A stretch of DNA of 64,000 bases from Camelus dromedarius (Eukaryota). This document shows, piece after piece, positions 1 to 12,921 of this stretch. Every line of letters starts with the position of its first letter. Within the stretch, counting starts at the first letter, position 1. The stretch covers positions 33,482,001 to 33,546,000 of the forward strand of contig NC_087436.1 in the NCBI RefSeq assembly GCF_036321535.1, written 5' to 3'. The notes under the pieces are model-generated. The model saw nothing but the letters and a program-made list of their open reading frames with translations. It did not search any database and was not told the DNA's origin. The translations under genes were made by a program, and so were the position numbers.

Positions 1-109
1 TGGATGCTTTTGCTTTCATTCTGCTCAAGCTACCCCCAGGATCTGTTGGATGATTTCCAGTCATACTACTTAAAATAAATATCTATAATTTTTATTGACA
101 GCAGCTATC

Positions 110-330
110 TTCAAAATGTCAAATCTACTAATTTGTGTGCAAGATACTCTAGCAGGTGCAATAATGACAGCTTAAGGCCAGAAAGAGATACAAAAAAATT
201 AATGAGACCTTGTGCTTTGAGGATATTTATAAAATTCTTGTTATTTTATGAGTTCAAATGAAGGTCAAAAGAAAGTATTGGTGTAGGGGTGAGGGGGACA
301 GGAGAAAATGACATGCTATTTTTGTAAGTA
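110..330 (-). mobile_element. Degenerate L2 3' fragment
   Basis: Weak resemblance to the antisense L2 3' end (ctactaatttgtgtgcaagatactct...gagaccttgtgctttgagg); highly diverged. Confidence 0.35.
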
Positions 331-1577
331 ATCTAAAGAGAGAAATAAAAAATCATTACAAATAATTGAATCATGTCTAAGAAGACAGATATGTTTTACT
401 TTTTAGAGAAAAAGTTTTGCAGCGCAGGCCAAGCAGAGGGTCTAGGCAGAAAAATGATTCTCTTGCTGCAGGGAGTTTCATGCAAGTAGTATTCACCTTG
501 GCACAGTCACCCTGTGCCCTCAGCTATGATTGGTTTTCTGCTTTATAGATAAAAAGGAGCAATGTTGACTTCTGATTAGGGGTAAACTTATTGCACTAAA
601 GCAGTTAGTTTCATTAACAAAGTGAATTTATCAAGATTCAATCATAGGCAAGTAACAAAATCTGTATGCTTAGTGTATCATGCCTGAGACAGTCTTAATT
701 CCGCATCAGGGGCCTCGGCTAAATGACCAAAGGACGGCAACAAAATCCATCTTAGTGTGAATCTTTTTTTCATTTTTCACTGGAGTGTCCACTAGAGTAA
801 AATCCACGCAGCATAGATGTAAAACTGGCAGGTACAACGTATACTAAAGCAGTTGTTTGAATTTTAGTACCACTGAAATGTGAATGTTTTGACAAGTTTT
901 AGATATGTGTTTATAGAAGATCAGTGAGTCACATTTTGCCTGGAGATTCCCAAATCTTTTCACCTGACATCTTTGGAGAGGAGACCTAAATTTTTGGTTA
1001 ATGTCCTTAGGACCAGATTTCACATCCCCAAATTCATTTTCCTTCTGAAAAAAGCCAGAGGAGTTTCCAACATCTTTCCAGAGCAGCAGTAGATATACCC
1101 TGATTTAGGCCATTACTGATCCAGTTACTGGGGCTTGCTGGCAGATAGCTGTTTCTCTCCTGACAATAACTGGTAAGGGTTAATTCCAAGATATTTGGGG
1201 ACCCACAGGCTGTTGTAATTTAATTTATTTGCATTTTCTTTTTTCTCCACTATCGTCAGGATTCAAATAGAACATAAACTCCCTTCTTTGGCTGGGGTTC
1301 AGCCATGGTCTTCCCCACTCAATCCTATAAAGTTGTGAGTGAGTCTTAAAGCTAGCATGTGTTTTTTTTTTCAGAATCTTTGACTCTGACTGTGAAGTAC
1401 CAACCCATATTGTAAGAAGATAATTTGCTGTAGTTCCAACCTTAGAATTAGACTGATAAACTTATTAAAACTGACAACCTAGCAAAGGATAAAACACAAC
1501 AAAAACAAGTAAATATATCTACATATATTTATCTCATAAATGCTCCTATAACTGAGAGATAAGATAATAAACATGAA

Positions 1578-1665
1578 AAGTATATATGTAACTGAACCAC
1601 TTTGCTGTAAATCTGAAACTAACATTGTAAATCAGCTACACTTAAATAAAAAATAAAATTAAAAA
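1578..1665 (+). mobile_element. Very short 5'-truncated cetartiodactyl-type L1 3' end with A-rich tail
   Basis: gtaactgaaccactttgctgtaaatctgaaactaacattgtaaatcagctacacttaaataaa plus A-tail; flanked by a perfect 12-bp direct repeat AATAAACATGAA (1566-1577, 1666-1677); same 3' UTR sequence as the copy at 28110-28320. Confidence 0.9.
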
Positions 1666-1729
1666 AATAAACATGAACTTACCTGATGTCATAAAAATGA
1701 CACCATTATTATCCCAAATTAATATCCCT

Positions 1730-3130
1730 CTTAAAAATTGAATCAAAAATCCTTAATCAAATTTTAGAATTTCTATTATAATCAATTTGTGTTTATCTCA
1801 GGAATGCACAGCTGATTTTCCATTCAAAAATAGATCAGCGTAAATATCTAAATGAGGGAAAAAATGCTCTCAGTAGATGTGGACAAAAGCATTCAACACA
1901 CATACTCTCGATAAGCACTCTCAGCACATTAGATATAGAGGTAATGTTCTCAATGTGTAAGTTACATCCATGAAAAACCAATAGCAACATTATCATAAGG
2001 GTGAAATATTGAGTGCTTCCTCTGAGGAATATCTGTTCTTGCCATTCTATTAAATGTACTCAAAGTTGTATACAGGTCAATAAAGCAAGGAATAAAATAA
2101 AGACATAAAAATTAGAAAGAGAAGTGAGCACATTTCTTCTACCCAATGCACATACTTCACTACCTAAGAAAATTCTAACTCTTACCCCCTCAAAATATTA
2201 GACTATATAAATAAATTTGGCAAGTTCATAGGATAAAAGATAATAAGTAAAAACCAATCTTATTCCTATATTACAGAAGAAACCAAATGGAAATTTAAAT
2301 GTTTAAAATACTATTTTAAAGTACAGCAAAACTTGTGAAAAATTTAGGTAAGATTTAGAAAATGTGTGTGAAAACTGTACATTGAAAAAAATATGCAGGA
2401 GAAATTAAAGATGACTTAAGTTAATGCCAAGTCCATGGACTGAAAGATTCTGTGTTGATACTAACTTAATGCTCTGCAAATTGATGTAGAGACTCAGTCT
2501 TCTCAGTCAAAATCCCAACAGGCTTTTCGGTAGAAATTTTCAGGCCTATTCTAAGATGGTGTGTCAATGCCCAGGACCTGCAGTAGTCCAAATAACCATA
2601 AAATTTTAAAAAAAAAGCATTGGAGGAATTACACTACATGATTTCAAGAGTTACTCTAAAGCTACAAGTAATGAAGAGAGTGCTTTTGGCATGAAAGTAG
2701 ACAAACAGATCAATAAAATAAAGACAGTTCATATATGTGCATTTATACGGTCAGTGTTTAGTCTAGGCACCAGGTCAGTTCCACGGGAAAATGTATGTTC
2801 TTGAAAAACTGAAAAAATAAATAGGAAAAAGTATATTCTATCTACCGTTACTTCATATCATACATAAACACTAATTTGAGAAGTATCAAATGTATTAAAT
2901 TCAAGAATAGTATATGGTGTTAGAAATATATAGTGATAGAAATCAGAATTGTATTTGCCAGTGGGTGATGAAAATTGACAATGGGGAAAATTTTCTGGTG
3001 TGATTGAAACATTCTGTATCTTAAACAGTGGATTGATAACTCGAGTATATATATTTGTCAAAATTCATCAAAATACGTATTTATTATCTCTGCTTTACAC
3101 TAAAGATAAATTTCATCTCAGTAAAAACTC
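1730..3130 (+). mobile_element. Old LINE-1 (L1M/L1ME-like) ORF2 RT-to-3'UTR remnant
   Basis: Decayed ORF2 landmarks (tttatctcaggaatgca, cagtagatgtggacaaaagcattcaac, gaaaaaccaatagcaacattatc, ggaggaattacactacatgatttcaagagttactctaaagctaca) and an L1ME-like 3' UTR (gaaacattctgtatctt...atttgtcaaaattcatc); many stops and indels. Confidence 0.8.
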
Positions 3131-3299
3131 AACTACAAATGAAGGTGCTAACTCTGCACACTTACTTGCATGACACCCGCAAGGAAATCTTGACATCCAA
3201 AATAAATGAAAAACCCCTTTGCAATTAAAATCCACCTTGGTTTAGTAGAAATGTAGCTCTTTTTAAAAATTTAGCTAGAGAAAAAAAATAGGCTTAACA

Positions 3300-3680
3300 A
3301 AGGACCCCTTAAAAGTTGAAGAATTGGCCAAAAAATCAAAAATCTAAAATTAAAATATTGTCATATTTCTGGAAAACAGCTATATCTTTATGGCACTAAA
3401 TGTCCAAGTGAAAAATGAAAAATTCGAGCATGCAGATGCTTTCTTTCAGACCAACAAATATTCTGATGTTTTCAATTCTAAAGATAGAAGTCTTTGTAGC
3501 AAGTTGATTTTTGTTGGAATGAATCTAACTACGTTAGATGAAGATGAAAGAATAAAAGAGGCTAGAGATAAAATTACAGTGAAATATTGATGAAAGTTGA
3601 CTTTTGGGAACTATTGTGTATTTCTGAAGTAGAAGAATCCAAACAAATTTTGTAAGGATTCAAACTGGAATAGACCAAGA
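3300..3680 (+). mobile_element. Possible decayed hAT (Charlie-like) transposase fragment
   Basis: ORF 3390-3590 ends in ...ARDKITV, followed after stops and a frameshift by KL..FW, resembling the hAT 'DKI.AF..KL..W' segment; no TIRs identified. Confidence 0.3.
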
Positions 3681-4394
3681 CTGTGGCTGCAGCTCTGCTA
3701 CTTATTTTTCCCTGTTTGTGTTTTGTATTTTCATAAAGTGCACAGGTTTGTATTTTCAATAACTATTTCTATTTAAATATAGCTAATGAAAAAATAAAAT
3801 ATATGACCAAGCAGCTATCAGACCTTAATCTTCATGTTTATTTTCTTACCTTTGTAAGAAGGCTTATCTCGATCTTCCCACCCTATGGACTATGAGGCTC
3901 CACTGACAGTGTGTTTGTGCCTAAAGTTAAACTATAAAAAGAAAAAAAAAAGCATGATCACTATATGTGTTATTCTAAATATTATCACTACACAGTTTTG
4001 AGGGCTGAAAAATATTAGTAGTGTCATATAATTCTGTTCTGAGGGAATATTTACATTTTTACCTATTTTTCCTTTTTTCACATCTATCATTTTTTTGTTT
4101 GTTTCACTTAGTGTTTTGTTCAAGTACTCTAGACTCAGATATTTAGAGACTTAGCATTTTTCTTCCAACTTCTGGTTATTCTAATCTTTTATATTGATTC
4201 TGACATAAGCCAGAACGTTTCATTTCCATATAAAACTTTATGCACATTCAGAATCCTTTTGATGTTCAGGATAAATATAGATGGATCAAACAGCTTTTCT
4301 TTGTAAACCGCAGTTGGTGTTATCTTTTGTTACAGTTTTAAAAGGAAGAGTGGACACTAAGCAGAGAGGCAGATTAACACTGTGTTTACGAGGA

Positions 4395-4508
4395 CAGGCT
4401 TAAAGGCCAGTCTGCTTGGGTTCAAATTCTTGCTTTGCCACTTTATTAGTTAAATGACTTTTAGAAAAAACCTGAGCTCTCTTTGAATCAGATTTTTCTT
4501 CTTTAAAT
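4395..4508 (+). mobile_element. MIR SINE, 5' part (interrupted by L1)
   Basis: ctgcttgggttcaaattcttgctttgccactttattagttaaatgac matches the MIR core; the element appears to continue at about 5665-5760. Confidence 0.65.
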
Positions 4509-4509
4509 T

Positions 4510-5645
4510 ATCTTTTGTTGAAGTATTGTTCATTTACAATGTTGTGTTAGTTTCAGATGTACTTATTCATACATATTTGTGTTAAATCATATATATATAT
4601 ATTCTTGTTCAGATTCTTTTCCATTATACGTTATTACAAGATACTGAATATAGTTCCCTGTGCTCTACAATAGGTCTTTAATATTTATCTGTTTTATATA
4701 TAGTAGTGTGTATTTGTTAATCCAAAACTCTTAATTTATCCCCCCTTTCCCCTTTGGTAACCATAGTTTGTTGTCTATGTCTGTGAGTCTATTTCTGATT
4801 TGTAAATAAGTTCACTTATCATTTTTGAGATTCCACATATAAGTGATATATTTGTCTTTGACTTATTTCACTTAATATGATAATCTCTAGGTCCATCTCT
4901 GTTGCTGCAAATGGCATTATTTATTTTTTATGACTGCATAATATTTCATTGTGTATGTGTATATATATTTTATATATATATACATATATATTATATATGT
5001 ATACCACATCTTCTTTATCCAGTCATCTGTTGTTGGACATTTAGTTTGCTTCCATGTCTTGACTATTGTAAATAGTGACTGTGAACATTGGGGTGCATGG
5101 ATCTTTTGACTTGAAGTTTTCTCTAGAAATATGCCCAAGAGTGGAATTGCTGGATTGTATAGTAACTCTATTTTTAGTTTTTTTAAGGAAACTTCATACT
5201 TTTCTTCATAGTAACTGCACCAATTTATATTCCCACCAACAGTGTCGGAGAGTTTCCTTTTTTCCATACCCTCTAACATTTATTATTTGTAGACTTTTTA
5301 GTGATGGCCTTTCTGACCAGTACAGGCTGATAACATAATTGTAGTTTTGGTTTGCATTTCTCTAATAATTAGCAATATTGAACATCTTTTCATGTGCTTA
5401 TTGGCCATCTGTATCTCTTCTTTGGAGAAAGGCCTATTTAGATCTTCTGCCCATTTTTTGATTGGGTTGTTTATTTTTTTGATGTTGATACTATATTACA
5501 ATACAGAAGTCTGTTGCATTTCTTTACACTAACAATGAAGTATCAGAAAAAGAAATTAAGGGAACAATTCCATTTACCATCACATCAAAAAAGAACAAAA
5601 TACCTAGGAATAAACCTTCCTAAGCAGACAGAAGACCTGTAGTCT
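4510..5645 (-). mobile_element. Cetartiodactyl L1 with 5' inversion (antisense 3' end 4510-5490; sense-oriented ORF2 piece about 5495-5645)
   Basis: Minus strand carries the L1 3'UTR and ORF2 C-terminus ([28 protein letters not shown]). From about 5500 the plus strand reads [29 protein letters not shown]...[14 protein letters not shown] (ORF2, downstream of the RT core). Confidence 0.9.
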
Positions 5646-5664
5646 TTAATTATTTTTAATTTTA

Positions 5665-5765
5665 CATATTTCATAGTGTACTCTTGCAAATTAAATTTGT
5701 TAGTACATTTAAAAGGCTTTAAAGAAGGGTAAAAACGCAACAAATAACAGTTACTCTTATTAAAA
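5665..5765 (+). mobile_element. MIR SINE, 3' part
   Basis: tttcatagtg...attaaatttgttagtacatttaaaaggcttta...aataacagttactcttatta resembles the MIR 3' half. Confidence 0.45.
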
Positions 5766-6152
5766 ATAAGTATCATCAGGCATCTTAAACTTTGTAGATT
5801 AAAAACTATAGGTGCAGAGAGATACATCCATACAAGGAAGTTGATTTTAGAAAAAACTTTGTTGTAGTTGGCTGGGATCTAGGAGCTTTGATATGCCACT
5901 TAATAAAAAAGCAACTGAGTCTGGCTATACATTTCCTTTGGGATTATTGGAAGCTATTGAATCTGTCTGGCATTAATATTGAAACTAAATTTTTTTTAAT
6001 GGTTTGGCCTCATGTCTCTGTGGAATTAAATAAACTTGTAAACCAGTCTGAAGACTCAATAACATAGTGAAATGGAAATGAAAGTGTTACTTTTTATGTT
6101 TATGACTCAATAGCCACTAAATAATTGATTCTTCTTTTTCCAAAAGCTGTCC

Positions 6153-6258
6153 TTTTTTTTTTTTTTAATTGAAGTATAGTCAGTTACAATGTGTCAATTT
6201 CTGGTGTACAGCATAATGTCCCAGTCATGCATATATACATACATTTGTTTCCATATTG
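6153..6258 (-). mobile_element. Short 5'-truncated lineage-specific L1 3' end
   Basis: Poly-T then aattgaagtatagtcagttacaatgtgtcaatttctggtgtacagcataatgtcccagtcatgc; near-identical to the copy at 31029; imperfect TSD AAAAGCTGTCCT / AAAAGCCATCTT. Confidence 0.88.
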
Positions 6259-8949
6259 AAAAGCCATCTTAAAGATAGCCTTCCAGAAGGCAAACAACAT
6301 GTTGATATACGAAATGCACATCTTCATGTTCTTAACTTAAAATGTTAAAAGAAGTGTAGAACATGGCACATTACATTTTTAAGTGCCTGAGAGTTTTTCT
6401 GTCCTTTCCTTGAAGATAGGATATTGGTTTGAAGGCTGCAGACAAGTTGGGGATTCATTTGATCACAGGGATGGTTGTTAACTTTAGAAGTGTCACTTGT
6501 TAGATGTATTCGTGTATTAGATTCAATATTTACGTTGTTGTTTTCTTTCTATTTCACTTTTCTGTATTGATGGATGATGGAGTTCGGTTATGGGGGTGTG
6601 TGTGTATTTATCTAATGGATGTGACAGTCTGAGCTGAATAATAAACAAGGAGATGCTGTAATTCATTTGAATATACTGAGAAATAACTGGCAAGCAGAAT
6701 TTAGTCTCAGTGATGACACTATGGCTTCTACTTGTACTTATTTCTGTCTTACCCTTAAGCGTGTGTTTGAGATGTCATGTGCATGTTCTTAGGCACAGTT
6801 GACATGATCATTCACATTTACTTTCTATTTCATGGGACTTGAATCATCTTATGATGTTACTATGCACTGTTCCTCTTTTCTGTGTTATTCTGAAACACAA
6901 TTCTCCAAAATAAATCTCCTTACTGATATGTTCTTATACTGATGAGTATATGCACACAGAGATTGTCATTGAGCAGGGAAGTTAAATAACTTTGACTAAA
7001 TCATCTTCAGTATTGCTTTAACAGTTGAACAATTGTACTCCCCCTGTGTGGTCTACAGTGCATAGGTATGACTTTGTACGAGCAGCTGTGAAAACAGTCT
7101 GCCTTCCTTATGTTTAGATACCTATCTGGAATCATGGAATAATGGAGGAAATAAAAACTGCAAAGTGTAATAAAGGTTGAAAACATACATTAGGTTTATT
7201 TCTCCTTAATCCTAATAAGAAAACCCAGATTGTACACTCCTTTATTTTTTCCCAAAATATATTTAATACATCACCTTTTAAAGAAACCATATACGTTGTG
7301 CATCATGTTTCAATACCCACGTGTACTCTTTTTGTGGCTTAATACACAAGTGATATAATGCTGTAACTTCAGAAAGTGAGAAGATAATTCCACCACATAG
7401 GAATACTCAATTATGGGGTACATTTCTAGATTTAGACTGTAATAGAAAGCATTATGGAGGTGGTCTAGCATTTTATTTTAATCAAATATTCTCTTTTATT
7501 GAATCCCCTCACTCTTTAGGCTGAATGAAAACATTTGATTTATATCCAAAATATAATGAGTCGAGTTCATTCAGCAGTGTGTTCAGGTGGACTTAGGGGG
7601 CCTAGGAAAGAAATTCAAATTAATACCTATACATGTAATAGAAGTTTCATTTCATTATAATTAAAGAACTGAGAAAATGACAATGTCTACTTTATCATTT
7701 TGTACTTAGGATAAAAACTAGTTGGCAAAGCTTTACTTTTTGGACAGAAATTGTCTATTTGTGAAACACAAATTGATGTTTTTCAGAAATATTTTGCAAA
7801 GAACGTATTTGAGGAAATGCTACTCTAGATCCTTTTCAGAATATTTTGTTTGTGGAAACATTTCAACTTAAATATGAATTTACTAAAGAAAAAGTTAAAA
7901 AAAGTAACTTTGAAGCAAACATTTGTTGTATGAACCCAAATTTAAATTAATTCAGACACTTTTTCTTAATAGAAAAATATCAGAAATACATGGCCTAGGA
8001 CTTTGAGTTTCTTTGAACATGAGTAGTATCTTGATAATTCACGTATCTCCTGATAATTCACATATCTTAAATGGCAAATTAGACACATTTTTGGAGATTA
8101 CGAGAACACTAATATATATTGAAAAGTACGTTTTAAAATAGTCGTGTTCTTGGGAATAAATGCATTAAAAAATAGACAAATTTTTTAAGTAGATCCTGGG
8201 TGCAGGCATAAACTGCTCATTTGGTAATGGGAATCTAACCTTGGTTAGTGCAGAAAACAGAAGGAAGTCCAGTGCATCATTACTGGAAGGTAGTTTTGTC
8301 AGGAAGGATGCACTAAAAACAAATGACAGCAACAATAACCTTTTGAAGATTGGGGGAATGGAATTTAGAAGAAAAACTAAGTGTCCATGGTTAATAGAAA
8401 CATAAAATGATCAAAAATGGTTGATCTATAGATTGGACAGTGTCCTCCACACCATGGTGATTAATGTAGAATTTACTCCTAGTGTTTTGGAAATCTTCTG
8501 CCTCATTTAGATTTGGTTTGCACCTTACATATAACAAAATTATACTTGTAGCTTAAAATAATTGGGTTTGCTTCCTGCTTCCATCATAGGAATGTAAACG
8601 TAGATCAATCATATTAAATTCTCCAGTGAATAAACCATACTTGGTTCCAGTAGAACCTGCATGTATATTTATTAACTGTCTGTTTATATACTCTTTAAAC
8701 AGGTTTTCTACAGTTTTCAAAGAGACTCTACTCACCTCCATTAAACTATTTAGGATCATGTTATTATGCAAATCCTAGGTTAAAATTTTAAAAATTATAA
8801 GTAAGTGGATTAACTCTGTTCTTTGCCAATTTGAATGGCTAAGACTGTTTTCACCTTTTGTTTGTCTTTCTGGGAAACATTTCCCTCTTTCTATGAGATG
8901 ATACCATTCTTCATGTAAAATGGGGGATAAACATTTCTTCTTATGTTTC

Positions 8950-9232
8950 TCAGGCAGAGATAAAATCCCTCACGACTGTCTTCCTCAGGCAGGCAAGTGA
9001 AATGAGTGGTGTGGACCAGGTGGGCTCATAGGAACGGATGTGCTCAGTCAACTGTTGCTAGGGAGATATGAGGGTTTGGTTTTGCCACATGCTTTGATTT
9101 TTAAAAGAAGTCAGAAATGCTGCTTTTTAAGTGAAATATTCTGATTTTTTAACATTAGATTAATCTAAATATTTTAAAACACCATGTGAGCTAAGCAAAA
9201 CTTGGGTAGCATCAACTAGTTTGTTGCTTCTT
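8950..9232 (+). mobile_element. hAT-Charlie non-autonomous element (MER102-like)
   Basis: agaagtcagaaatgctgctttttaagtgaaatattctgattttt...aaaacaccatgtgagctaagcaaaac...tagtttgttgcttct matches the recalled MER102 3' half. Confidence 0.6.
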
Positions 9233-12200
9233 TAAAAAAAAAATCATCAACAACAAAAAATCATGAGAGGGTAGCTGGAGGTTTAAATTCTCTAATGTAA
9301 ACCTAAAAACCATCACTATTTAAATCAGCCAACTTTTGAACAGTGAACTTCATTTCCTCCAAAGAGCTTTCACAGGTCCCAGCTGCCCCCCAGCAGGATT
9401 TAATATGCCCCTTCTCAAATCAGCACCATTGTCATATTTCCAGTAGAGATATGGAATAATACTCTTCTAAAATAAAAAAAAAAAGGGAAGCTACACATAA
9501 AATGATGGAAGTAGTACAGAAAATATAGTGCATGTATTATCTTAGAAAAAGCTTGGAGAATATATATCACAATTTTATCACATTAGAAAAATACACAGTT
9601 GTACACACAGGATATTATAACATTTTAGAGAGAAAAAAGAACTTTGGTTTCCCTTTTGAATTTCATTCCCTTATGAATGTTCAATATGAGTAGAATCAAA
9701 TTAAATGTATCACTAAAGGTGTATTTTGATTTTCCACATCTTACCTACTCAGGAGTGGTGATTCTTGGCACTCATATACCAAAGAAACTATCAATGCTCA
9801 TTTATTCCTTGGCCGTTAAATATATGTAAGGGTAGTATTATTAAAGTAGGGTTGATACATAACATGTACAAAAGTAACCTGGAAAGAATGAGGTATAGCA
9901 AATGGTATTGCATTGAGATTTAGGAAGCGGTTGCCTAGTGAGTGAAAATCAGTGAAGGATTACTTTTATTTTATGTTTCTTCATCTGTGGGGAATCTCTT
10001 CCAACCCAAACCTGAACCACCAAGACCTCTGAATCCAAATCTGATTGAGTAAAGTCCTCCTGTGAGCTTTTCTAAGGATCGCTGTTACCAAATAGCTTCA
10101 AGTTTCCCATCATTATTAAAAGAAACTGTACTTTTGTTTCAGCGTTAAGTTCTAAGAGTGAACATTTTCACTTGAATGATTTTGCTGTGCCCATGACTTT
10201 TAAAATTTGCTCTAGTTATATTTACATTTCTACACACACACACACAGCTAATGCTTTGAACAGGAACTTTTAAAAAGTATCATGTACTGAATTTGTTGAA
10301 GATTACAAAATAAGAATAATGATGGAAAACATCAAGGTACACAAGTGTGTTTCCTTCTGTTTACCAAATTCTTAAACCCTGCTTCCTCTCTATAGATATT
10401 AAATGAAAAATAATTATAAATGTATGCTTGCTGTATCATGACATCAACTTATTGTCTATACTTAACAACTTTCTTTTGACTTTGAAATAGTCACCAATAC
10501 ATTTCTTGACACAACAGTTAAAGGCAGACATACAGACATAGATATGTGCACAGGAGTTTACATGGAAGGATTAAAAATTAGGAATCAAAACCTACTTAGA
10601 CAATTCTTTACTATATGTTATTTCACATAGATCTTGGGGACATTACGACAGTGATAAACTATGAAAACCTGGCATGCTGTCACTGATAATGGCAGAAGGC
10701 TGTGTGATACATATTCCCTCTCAATAAAAAAGGTAATTAGATTTTATGGAAGCCATAATCCAAAAGGTGTCCAATTGACATTTTTAGGGTCCTTAGGATA
10801 ATTTTACTCCTGAAATAAAGGTTTGTCTTAGATAGAACTTCTATATACTTTTAATATTGTGATGTTTCCAAAATACTTTATATCTTTAAATCAAAGTTTC
10901 TGAAAAAAGTCCTATTTTAAACATACAAAAATATTTAAAAAATAAAGACACATTTCAGGTGAATAATAATTCCGTAAGTCATTCAAGTAATTTTTAACTC
11001 AATTAATTATTCCTATATCCCTATGACAAGACTTGAATTTGCAACAGCAGTGTTCTAATGAAACAAATTTTTATCTGTATCTACCTCTGTAAAGTAAAAT
11101 GCAGAATTATTTGAACATGTCTTGTGATAATCTAAAAATTTTTGTTACATAAGTTAGTATTTCTTCCAACTCAGAACATCAGAAATCAAAGAGATGATTT
11201 TCCTAACTGGCTGGAAAAACTACTATGTTTTAAGAAATATTTAGATACTGCTCTTTCTTACTAATATTGTTTCTAGGAACCTGCTAGATATATAAGATAA
11301 GGAAACAAATACAAGAAACCCTGAGTCTGAGCATGCTCAGTGATTCCTAACATTAGGGTTGGAGAGGATTTTTTTACCCGACGTGACGAGGCCAAAATTG
11401 TACTGGACAGAAGCTGAGGGCAGGTGTAAGTGCAAAGTGTCAGCAAGGTCTCCTTGCTTGCTTTAAGAAGTTCCAGTGGACTTCTTCCTTAGAGGAGATT
11501 AAATGCTGCTTCTCTTTAGTGGTTACCCAAACAACAGCTAATGGCAGTCACACTCTTGAACAACTTACTGAGGTAGAAGCAGCCCTAAGGTGATCAACAC
11601 GCATATCTGAATTAACCTAATTGACTATCATGCTAACTGAAGTTGAGACTCAAATCTAGACAGAACTCATGAAACAGAGTTTTAATTTTAATAGATGGTT
11701 CTGCATTTGTTGAGCAAGTAAATGGAAGAAAATTAGGAAACTTCTCATTTTAAAAGTCTAATTAAAATGTATGAGTCCATATTATTATTTTTGCCATCAA
11801 TATATGGATTATTTTTTAGGAAAATATACATAAATTTGTTTCAGAAGACAGTCCTGACATTACATACTTACAGATGCATCAAGGTGTAATTATATCTCAA
11901 AGTCAGATCTGCAGAACTTGTTAGCAGAAACCAGTCCTCTTAGCAAATTTAGCTCAAGTCAGTGCAACAATGTTGGTATCTGAAAAGCTGCAGAGTATTA
12001 CTAAAGGCTTACAAGGGCATTTCCACCAGCCAGTGTGCAAATATATGTGAAAACAGAGCAGTTAAGCAAGCTGAGATTAATGAAAACTTCTTAAGTGTTG
12101 TTATGCCTATGTTCGTGCACTGGTAACATAAAAACAGATGAAATCCAAATGTTTTCATTTTTGGTAATACACTGAATTGAGTCCAAGCATGGACGATTTC

Positions 12201-12921
12201 AGCATGAAAGAATTATCTTTGTCAACGTTATGACAAGTCTGAATACATAGTTTTAAATAGACATGTCTTAAATACTAATACTATAATAAATTTATTTTAA
12301 AATTAAGCATGGAAAGTTAGCTCTGTCTTACAAATTAATCTGTAGTAATCAAAAACAATGCCAAAAAAAGAACATTAATTTTTTTCACACACAGATGTTA
12401 TTTGGCTTGGACTAAATGCAATCATAGGCTTTCAGTCATAGATGTTAAAAATCATTTATATATGAAGCATGTAAGTGGTAGATAGGAAGATAGATCAGTG
12501 GATATGTAGCTAGGTAGAAGAAGGAAGGCAAAAAAAGAAAGAAGAAAGTAAGTTGGAAGGAGGAAAGAAATTGATAGAAGAAAATAAAAGTACATAGAAC
12601 TTTACGAAAACTTACACAAAATATATGTAAATTGTTCTTTATAATGGTATCAGATATAATTAAGCTGTTAAATTTGTACATAAAATTTTTGGTTCCTCTT
12701 ACATATTTAAATGACAATGACCTTTCAGACAAAATTCTAACACAGCAGTCATTGAAATGTAGTAAAACATGTCAATATATGGAAATACATGCGTTATTCA
12801 GTACAGAGTATCTTTGCTCAAAATTTATGGTAAGGTTGCAAGGGCTGGGTATGGATAAATCACATAAATGATTATGTGAATATGATGAATGTTGCATAAA
12901 ACATCAATCTCTACCACTGTC

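Noticed and set aside
4917..5279. 120-aa ORF, and similar ORFs at 20867-21247, 42079-42882 and 50959-51153
   Set aside because: Sense or antisense translations of decayed L1 ORF2 C-terminus/3' UTR, not host genes.
8026..8068. Short duplication gtatcttgataattcac / gtatctcctgataattcac
   Set aside because: Two copies only; ordinary slippage duplication, not an array.
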